Assembly (NCBI GenBank): GCA_963699255.1
Contig: OY969425.1
Location: 540,001-572,000, forward strand
Reading direction: 5' to 3'
Source of the DNA: an uncultured bacterium
GTDB lineage: Bacteria > Margulisbacteria > WOR-1 > CAVSGV01
DNA: 32,000 nt
This document shows, piece by piece, positions 24,297-31,088 of the stretch. Each line of letters begins with the position of its first letter. Within the stretch, counting starts at the first letter, position 1. The notes beneath the pieces were generated by a model, which made no database searches, was not told the origin of the DNA, and saw only the letters and a program-made list of their open reading frames with translations. A program made the position numbers and the translations under genes.

Positions 24297-25862
24297 TTAA
24301 GGTTTAGGCCTTACCCCCCACATCAACGAACTCGGCTTTCTTCTCATATAGAAATATCCTTTGTCAGGCTCTATCCCCCAGGTTGGCGCAGACCCCGTAT
24401 TTGGATCGATCCAGACGCCAGATAAAGACAGGTATGCTTCTTTAAAATTTGTTGTTCCCGGTTCGTACTGGTAGATCACGTCCGCCGTACCCGCGTCCCC
24501 CGTCGCGGCCCCTGATTCAAAAAGATTTGAATTATCCAGCGCCATCGGCTCCGCCTGCCCGGCGGCGATCAAGCTGAACCCGGATTCCATTGTCGACGGC
24601 CCCGTAAATCCTCCCGCCATTCCGAACTGCAAATCCGTGATGTTGGATATTGCCGACCAGTTGGGCGTTGTATCCTTTGACTTTACCGCAAAGGATCTGA
24701 TCCCGGCCGGCAGCCCCGCGATCGTAACTTCCTGTGTTAAACCCCAGTGCAGCGGCGTCGGCGTCGAGTAAGAAGGGTCTACGGATGTCGCCAGATACCA
24801 GTCCACGAACCCTTCAAGCGTCGATGACAGGATCGGCTCCGGGCTGTACCTTATATCATACCCCGTAACAGTGGCCGGCGCGCCCAGTCTATCCGTGTCG
24901 TACGGCGCTGTCCATTCCAGCGTCACCGTGTATGATCCCGCGCTCCCTCCCGAATCCTTTATCCTGAGGTCCGTTATCGTCTGCGGCGGCGTAAGATCAG
25001 GCTTGCGCTGCGTATGGAATGGTACAGCTGCGCTCCAGCCGCTTGGTCCAAATGAATTTACCGCCTGTACCCTTACCGAATAATCCGTATCGTCGGACAG
25101 CCCTGACATATCTATCGACTTCAAGTCCGTCGAGTTCGGTGATGGATACCGCTGAGCATTATTATATAGAGGAGGGGACGTCGATACCGGTCCGCTCCCT
25201 GATTCCCAGCTTATCTCATAGTATCTCGCTCCAAATGACGCGTCAAATGTTGCCGTAGCTGTGTTATATAATATTGACCCTACTCCCAAATTCGTCGGCG
25301 TGTCCGGCGCGGTCTTTGAGAACATCACCTGAAAGGTTGGAAGACTTACCTCGCTGGGTGCTGAAGGTGGAGAGCCTGGCATCGCCGTAAATATCTGTGA
25401 CTCCCCGAACTTTGCATCGCCTAAGCCAGGGTCTTTGTTCCACGCGCGCACATAAAAGGAATTCACGTTCGTTGTTATCGTCGAGAGGTCGGTATAGAAC
25501 TCCCCGGCCATATTAGAAAATCCGTGGTGCTTATTGTCATCTCCAACAGTATATGATTTGACCAGACTCTCTCCTGCGCCAGTATCAACATTCCCGTTGC
25601 TCAGCGGCCCTACTATGAAGTTGCCAGACGCGTTAATATACTGCACCGGACTCCCTACCGCCAGTGGCGCACCGGTATCATCTTCCACCGTTCCGAACGT
25701 GGTAAAATTCAATGGAGGCCCGGAATACGCCGGCAGATCCGGCACGCAGCCCGCAAGCACCGAATAAACCGTGCAATACGCCCCGCTCACGCCACCTCCC
25801 ATTATCATGATCAGCATAAAGATCAATATCTTAAGCTTCCTTTTCATTTTATTTTTTCCCAT
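24297..25862 (-). CDS. S2: secreted or lipid-anchored protein with a diverged shared N-domain, two FN3-like domains and CTD-A
   Basis: The 521-aa ORF has the RBS GAGGAGGAG. The signal peptide is KLKILIFMLIMIMGGGVSGAYC, and the Cys suggests a possible lipobox. N-domain motifs are FYVRAWN and SLPTFQV. FN3-like segments are ATATFDASFGARYYEISW..YSVRVQAVNSFGPSGWS and YTVTLEWTAPYD. Confidence 0.85.
   Translation of the reverse strand: MGKNKMKRKLKILIFMLIMIMGGGVSGAYCTVYSVLAGCVPDLPAYSGPPLNFTTFGTVEDDTGAPLAVGSPVQYINASGNFIVGPLSNGNVDTGAGESLVKSYTVGDDNKHHGFSNMAGEFYTDLSTITTNVNSFYVRAWNKDPGLGDAKFGESQIFTAMPGSPPSAPSEVSLPTFQVMFSKTAPDTPTNLGVGSILYNTATATFDASFGARYYEISWESGSGPVSTSPPLYNNAQRYPSPNSTDLKSIDMSGLSDDTDYSVRVQAVNSFGPSGWSAAVPFHTQRKPDLTPPQTITDLRIKDSGGSAGSYTVTLEWTAPYDTDRLGAPATVTGYDIRYSPEPILSSTLEGFVDWYLATSVDPSYSTPTPLHWGLTQEVTIAGLPAGIRSFAVKSKDTTPNWSAISNITDLQFGMAGGFTGPSTMESGFSLIAAGQAEPMALDNSNLFESGAATGDAGTADVIYQYEPGTTNFKEAYLSLSGVWIDPNTGSAPTWGIEPDKGYFYMRRKPSSLMWGVRPKP
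24300..24599 (-). other. CTD-A (S2 copy)
   Basis: The domain reads SGFSLIAAGQ...DVIYQYEPGTTNFKEAYLSLSGVWIDPNTGSAPTWGIEPDKGYFYMRR..WGVRPKP. It is very similar to the S6 copy. Confidence 0.6.
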
Positions 25863-25878
25863 CTCTTCTCCTCCTCAG

Positions 25879-25908
25879 GTGTGAAGTATATTTAATATTA
25901 CTTCACAC
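25879..25908. promoter_or_regulatory. perfect 10-bp inverted repeat between S1 and S2
   Basis: GTGTGAAGTA-N10-TACTTCACAC is located 14 nt after the S1 stop and ends about 5 nt before the S2 RBS. No U-tract follows it. Confidence 0.35.
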
Positions 25909-25921
25909 TAAACAATTACAT

Positions 25922-28900
25922 TCAGGGTTTCGGGTAATCCCAGGTCACATTTCCCGAACTGTTCTTTATGACCCAGTATCCTTTTCCGGCCTCAAATGAA
26001 GGCACAGATCCTGTCCATGTTGCTCCGTTATATGTCTCCACATTCCACCCGTTATTGTAGCCCCAGACCACGTCGGAAGAGGTTACATAATCCCCCAAAT
26101 GCGTCTGTGCCATGGTTTGCGTGGAATTAAATGCCGTTCCTACCAGATTGAAACCCGGATTGATACTCTGGCCCTCCAGAGTTATATAGCGATCCGTTTG
26201 TGATAAATTACCGGTCACCTCTAATGTGACCGCATTGCCCAAAAGTATCCAGTAGCCTTTATCCGCCTCGATCGAAGGTACAGATCCTGTCCATGTTGTT
26301 CCGTTGTATGTCTCTACATCCCACCCGCCAGCCGGCGAATAGGAATATACTGTGGCTGTCTGTCCGGCCAGTTGATTTCCTATCACACTGTTTATGGAAG
26401 TATCCTGCGGGATCACCGGCAGTGAGATCAAATTCCAACTCGCGACCAGAGGTATCTTTGCCCCCGGCGGCGTTATCGTGAGACTGAACTGCTTGTCATA
26501 TACCGCCGCCTGGCTGTCCGTCACCTCCACAGTGAACGTCCTGGTCTCAAATGTAGCGGGCGTTCCGTGCAGCAAGCCGTTTGTTTCCAGCGTTATTAAC
26601 TGAGGCGGGCTCCCGCCTTTCAATGACCACGTATACGGTGTTTCTCCGCCCGTCGCGGCGAACTGCAGGCTATATGCGGAACCCTGCATGCCGTCAGGCA
26701 GAGGTGACGCGGTCGTGATGAGCAGCGGATTTATCGCCGCTGCAGTATATCCCGTGTAATGGTATCCCATGTCAACGGTATTTGAATCCCCGTGTATGCC
26801 GTCCGGATTGGTGCCGTACCCTTCTTTTGAACTAAGGCCGAGCATATGGGCATCGCCGCTTCCTCTATCTATGCACTCCGACGTAATGAGCAGATGCACA
26901 TCTCCCGCCGGCCCGTTCACGAACAGCGGCTCCGAGCTGATGTTGCCGGTACCAGGATATACAGTGTCCCTCTGTACGCAGGAGTAGGTCACCGTCGGCG
27001 TTGAGCTGGTGCTTGCGATGTTCAGCGGCGAATTCCCGTATACGATGGTGTTCGTAATGACCGGCGATGAGGAGTTATAGTTGAATATCCCGCCGCCCGT
27101 GCTCGCCGTGTTCGCCGTGAAAGTGCAGTTCTTCACCTCCGGCGATGACGTAAAGTTGAACATGCCGCCGCCGAAGTTCGGTGTGGTGTTACCTGTGAAC
27201 TTGCAGTTCGTTACCACCGGATCCGCGGAGAAATAATTCAGGATGCCGCCGCCCTGTTTCGCGCTGTTCGATGTGAACACGCAGTTATTTATGGTCGCGG
27301 AGGTCTGGACGTTGCATATGCCGCCGCCGTAATTATTGTTCGCGCTGTTAGACTCAAAGGTGCAGTACTTGATGACCGGCGAAGAGGATATGTAGTTGCA
27401 AATACCGCCGCCGTAATTATTGACCGCGATGTTCAGAGAGAACGCGCAGTTCGATACCGTCATTGATGAGTGGTCGCCATAGATGCCGCCGCCGGATATG
27501 TTGGCGCGGTTCGACGAGAACACGCAGTTGTTTATGAGAGGATTGGAATTATTGAGAAGATACATCCCGCCGCCGTAGCCGCTCCCCCCGGACGCGTATC
27601 CGTTAGTTATCGTGAAGTTCTCGATCGTTGTGGCCGAGGTCAGCGTTGAGCCGCTCATGCAGCGCACGGCGCCCTCTCCGGATATTATCGTGGTAGTGCG
27701 GTCTACTGTCGGGCTCCAGCCGCCATCATAACCGCCGTGCAAATACACTCCCGGCTTGAGTATTATCGAAGCGGCCAATCTGTATGTCCCCTGCTGTACT
27801 CGTATCTCATCTCCGCTCTCCGCTGAGATTTCCGCTGAGTTTATAGTCTTGAAAGGATGCGGCTGGGACCCGTCCTGGAAACCGGAAGCGGAATCGCTTA
27901 CATACCAGACGCCGAGGGTGGATAATGTCTCCGCTGAAACCACACCGCTTGCATCGGTGGTTATCTGATCGCCGTTATATGCTCTCACTATGTACCAGTA
28001 TGTGGTGCTCAGCGGCAGGCCGGTATCGGTGTATTCCGTAGTTGTCACATTGTCTTCCCATGTGGCGATATATGTCCATGGCCCCGCCGCCTGGCTGGCC
28101 CTTTCTACAGCATACCTCGTTCCGTCGCCGCTCCAGAACAGCCTTATAGTTGCGCCGGTCACTTTCACGACCGCCAGGCTCTCCGGTGTATCAGCCAGGG
28201 TGAATACAGAGAAGTCCAGTGACGGCACCATATTCCCTCCGCCGTTATACGCCACGACATGGCGGGTATACTGCGTGTTGGCAAGCAGGCCGACCTCTGT
28301 TGTGCCCAGATCCCCGGCCGTCGCGGACCCGACCACATTATCAGAGGTGTCCTGCAAATAATATCCGTCAGCATCTGTCACATCGTTCCATGACCATATT
28401 ATAGAGCTCGTCGATTCTGCCGTGCCGGTGAGGACGGAAGGCGTCAGAGGATGCGTTTCAAACGATACTATTTCGCTATACTCTCCGTAGCCGCTCGAAT
28501 TTCCGGCTGAGACCTGCCAGTAGTATGTAGTGGCTGGAATAAGGTCCGTCCAGGTATATGATGTCTCCGTTGTCGTTATTGTTCCCAGGTTGGCCGCCGC
28601 CTGGTCCGTACCATAGCTTATCGTAAATGAATGAGCATCACTCTCCCACGTCCCGTAGGCGTCATTGGTCGTGATATTCGAGGTAAACAATCCCTCGGGG
28701 CTTGCCGGCGGCGTTAACCCCAATGATGAAATAGATGCGGGGGTTAATACATTATCACCATTATAGGCGTATATATAATATGTATAGGTGGTATCGGGGA
28801 TCAGGCCGCCGTCCACAGTTGAGGTGCCGGTCCCGTCATAGACCAAACTGCCAACGCCCTCGATCCCATCGCGGTATACCCTGTAGCCGGACTGTGCTCC

Positions 28901-30013
28901 GCCGGTCTCCCACGAAATGTTACAGTGATAACCGTAAGTAAGGTCATAGGCGCCGCTGACCACAGGATTGATAGGCGGTAAAGCCAGGGTATATACTGAA
29001 CAGCTGTTCGACTCACTGCTCCCGATGGTATTATACGCGTTCACTTCCCGGGTACATAGAGTATTCGCTGTCAGGCCGGTCTCAAGGGTGGTCGTTATAT
29101 TTGCCGCAACCGGGATCACTTTACTGTACGCGAGATAATGCAATTTATAGCCATCCTCATCCACAAGATCATTCCATGACCATAAGATGGATGAAGTTGA
29201 TTCGGCTGTCCCGATCAAGCCTGTAACCGGGACCGGAGAATTGAGGGTCGGCTGCGCATACCCGGAATAATGGTAGCCCATATCAACTCGGTAGGCATCG
29301 CCGTGGACCTCGTCCGAGTTGGTCCCATAACCCTGGCCAGGCACCCATCCAAGCCCGATGGCTATGGCATCGCCTGTTCCGGAATCGACGCATTCCGAGG
29401 TCGGGAGAAGATATAAGTCACCATTAGGGCCGCTTGCGAACAGCGGATCCGCAGTGATATTCCCGGTCAATCCAATAAAACCATCCGGGATGCAGGAGTA
29501 GGTTACCTCTGCAGTAGAATTAGCATCATCGGAGATGTTTCCTCCGTTATTGCCGTAAATGATAGAGTTTTTAACGGTTGGAGAGGAGTTGTCCCGGTTA
29601 GAGATACCGCCGCCTGAAACATGCGCGCTATTTGAAGCAAAGGTGCAGTTTTCTAAGGTTGGATTGGAGGTATCATTGTCTATTCCGCCGCCGGTTACCT
29701 CCGCGCTATTTGAAGTAAAGGAGCAGTTTGAAATGGTCATGAAGGATTGGTCGTTACCTATCCCGCCGCCGCTTACTTCCGCGCTGTTTAAAGTAAAGGC
29801 GCAGTTTGAAATGGTCGGGTAGCCACCTTCGTTATATATCCCGCCGCCGTAATTTGACCTGTTTGACTTAAAGGAACAGTTCGATATGGTTGGGGCGAAG
29901 GAGCCATTATATACACCGCCACCCCAAGGAGCGCTATTTGAAGTAAAAACGCAGTTTGAGACAATTGAGTTGGAGCTGGCGTTAACTATGCCGCCGCCGT
30001 AATACAGGGTCAC
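25922..30013 (-). CDS. S1, C-terminal fragment of a giant Pmp-like beta-helix, FN3 and Ig protein with two tandem CTD-A domains
   Basis: This is the 1363-aa ORF. It has 22-23-aa beta-helix repeats of the form NC.F..N.A...GGGI.N...SP.i (the GGxI / FxxN pattern of polymorphic-membrane-protein-type repeats). It also has FN3-like domains, a putative Ig domain (SPLPDGMQGSAYSLQFAATGGETPYTWSL) and two C-terminal copies of the WNLI...KGYW domain. The frame is open upstream to 30046 and is continuous in homology with the ORF at 30015-31088. Confidence 0.85.
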   Translation of the reverse strand: MTLYYGGGIVNASSNSIVSNCVFTSNSAPWGGGVYNGSFAPTISNCSFKSNRSNYGGGIYNEGGYPTISNCAFTLNSAEVSGGGIGNDQSFMTISNCSFTSNSAEVTGGGIDNDTSNPTLENCTFASNSAHVSGGGISNRDNSSPTVKNSIIYGNNGGNISDDANSTAEVTYSCIPDGFIGLTGNITADPLFASGPNGDLYLLPTSECVDSGTGDAIAIGLGWVPGQGYGTNSDEVHGDAYRVDMGYHYSGYAQPTLNSPVPVTGLIGTAESTSSILWSWNDLVDEDGYKLHYLAYSKVIPVAANITTTLETGLTANTLCTREVNAYNTIGSSESNSCSVYTLALPPINPVVSGAYDLTYGYHCNISWETGGAQSGYRVYRDGIEGVGSLVYDGTGTSTVDGGLIPDTTYTYYIYAYNGDNVLTPASISSLGLTPPASPEGLFTSNITTNDAYGTWESDAHSFTISYGTDQAAANLGTITTTETSYTWTDLIPATTYYWQVSAGNSSGYGEYSEIVSFETHPLTPSVLTGTAESTSSIIWSWNDVTDADGYYLQDTSDNVVGSATAGDLGTTEVGLLANTQYTRHVVAYNGGGNMVPSLDFSVFTLADTPESLAVVKVTGATIRLFWSGDGTRYAVERASQAAGPWTYIATWEDNVTTTEYTDTGLPLSTTYWYIVRAYNGDQITTDASGVVSAETLSTLGVWYVSDSASGFQDGSQPHPFKTINSAEISAESGDEIRVQQGTYRLAASIILKPGVYLHGGYDGGWSPTVDRTTTIISGEGAVRCMSGSTLTSATTIENFTITNGYASGGSGYGGGMYLLNNSNPLINNCVFSSNRANISGGGIYGDHSSMTVSNCAFSLNIAVNNYGGGICNYISSSPVIKYCTFESNSANNNYGGGICNVQTSATINNCVFTSNSAKQGGGILNYFSADPVVTNCKFTGNTTPNFGGGMFNFTSSPEVKNCTFTANTASTGGGIFNYNSSSPVITNTIVYGNSPLNIASTSSTPTVTYSCVQRDTVYPGTGNISSEPLFVNGPAGDVHLLITSECIDRGSGDAHMLGLSSKEGYGTNPDGIHGDSNTVDMGYHYTGYTAAAINPLLITTASPLPDGMQGSAYSLQFAATGGETPYTWSLKGGSPPQLITLETNGLLHGTPATFETRTFTVEVTDSQAAVYDKQFSLTITPPGAKIPLVASWNLISLPVIPQDTSINSVIGNQLAGQTATVYSYSPAGGWDVETYNGTTWTGSVPSIEADKGYWILLGNAVTLEVTGNLSQTDRYITLEGQSINPGFNLVGTAFNSTQTMAQTHLGDYVTSSDVVWGYNNGWNVETYNGATWTGSVPSFEAGKGYWVIKNSSGNVTWDYPKP
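25925..26461 (-). other. two tandem CTD-A-type domains at the S1 C-terminus
   Basis: The two copies read SWNLISLPVIP...TVYSYSPAGGWDVETYNGTTWTGSVPSIEADKGYWILL and PGFNLVGTAFN...VVWGYNNGWNVETYNGATWTGSVPSFEAGKGYWVIK..WDYPKP. Confidence 0.5.
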
Positions 30014-30014
30014 G

Positions 30015-31088
30015 CTATTTGAAGTAAAGGTGCAGTTTGAGAATCTCTATTGTGGAGGACTCACTATAGATCCCGCCGCCGCCGTATACCGCGCTATTTG
30101 ATTCAAAAGAGCAGTTCAAGACGACCGGAGAGGAGGAGTAGTAGCTGGCTAAACCGCCGGCGTTGTGACCTGCCCTATTTGAAATAAAATCACAGTTTTT
30201 GATGGTTGGAGAGGAATTGTCCAAACCAAGCCCGCCGCCATCTCCGCCGGAGACATAACCATTTTGTATGGTGAAGTTCTCAACGGTGGTGGCAGAACCA
30301 AGCCCCTCTCCGTGCATGCACTGGACGCTGCCTTCTCCGGATATTCTGGTAAGCGAGGGATCGTTGATCTGCGCCCAACTATCGTCGTAGCCTCCCATTA
30401 AATGGACGCCGCTTGAGAGAAAAATTGTGCCCGGAACAGTCAGAGAATATGTCCCCATCTTCACATGTATCTCATCGCCGTAGCGCATGTTCCCATTGCT
30501 CTCGGCTGAGTTAATGGTATTAAAGGCGTCATTCGTAGAGCGGCCGGTATGAGTAAAGTCATTTCCATTGATGCTGTCAACGTACCAGATCGTTGGAACA
30601 GGTATGATGCTGAACTTGCCGCTTTCACCGTACCCGCTGTTGCCGGAGGTATCTACCGCGGTGATCTTTATCTTTGCCTCCGTGGTGGCGATATTAGGAA
30701 CCGTCCAGGCATAGCTTCCACTGTTAGCTATACCCGTGACGATCGCAGTATAGGATGATCCCCCGTCTATTGAGTAAGAGATGCTGATGGGGTTTGTAAT
30801 AAGCCCCTGATCATCGGAAGCTTCCCAGGTAATATCGTAGCTGTACCCCCCGGTCCAGACATCCCCGCCTGCGGGAGAAAAGACCTCAACGGTGGGAGGC
30901 GTGATATCGGTCAGGACCGATTCAGAGCTGGTGTAACCATAATAATGGTATCCCATGTTCACTATCCCATCGTCGCCGTGGAACCTGTCCAGGTTGGTCC
31001 CGTAACCTTGCTGCCATCCAAGACCAAGTATCTGACGCCTCGCCGGTCCCGGTATTAACGCAGGGCGAGTTATTGGGAAGGTGCACAT
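30015..31088 (-). CDS. S1, middle fragment (Ig-like domain and the start of beta-helix module 2)
   Basis: In the 357-aa ORF only the part from ..ILGLGWQQGYGTNLDRFHGDDGIVNMGYHYYGY onward is homologous to the inter-module linker seen elsewhere in S1. The fragment ends inside a beta-helix repeat (..GGGGIYSESSTIE) that continues in another frame at 30046. Confidence 0.7.
   Translation of the reverse strand: MCTFPITRPALIPGPARRQILGLGWQQGYGTNLDRFHGDDGIVNMGYHYYGYTSSESVLTDITPPTVEVFSPAGGDVWTGGYSYDITWEASDDQGLITNPISISYSIDGGSSYTAIVTGIANSGSYAWTVPNIATTEAKIKITAVDTSGNSGYGESGKFSIIPVPTIWYVDSINGNDFTHTGRSTNDAFNTINSAESNGNMRYGDEIHVKMGTYSLTVPGTIFLSSGVHLMGGYDDSWAQINDPSLTRISGEGSVQCMHGEGLGSATTVENFTIQNGYVSGGDGGGLGLDNSSPTIKNCDFISNRAGHNAGGLASYYSSSPVVLNCSFESNSAVYGGGGIYSESSTIEILKLHLYFK

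Noticed and set aside
15803-31088. An alternative genetic code (stop-codon reassignment) as the explanation for the split ORFs.
   Set aside because: In all four cases homology continues in a different reading frame, not through an in-frame stop. All ten-plus housekeeping genes are intact under the standard bacterial code.
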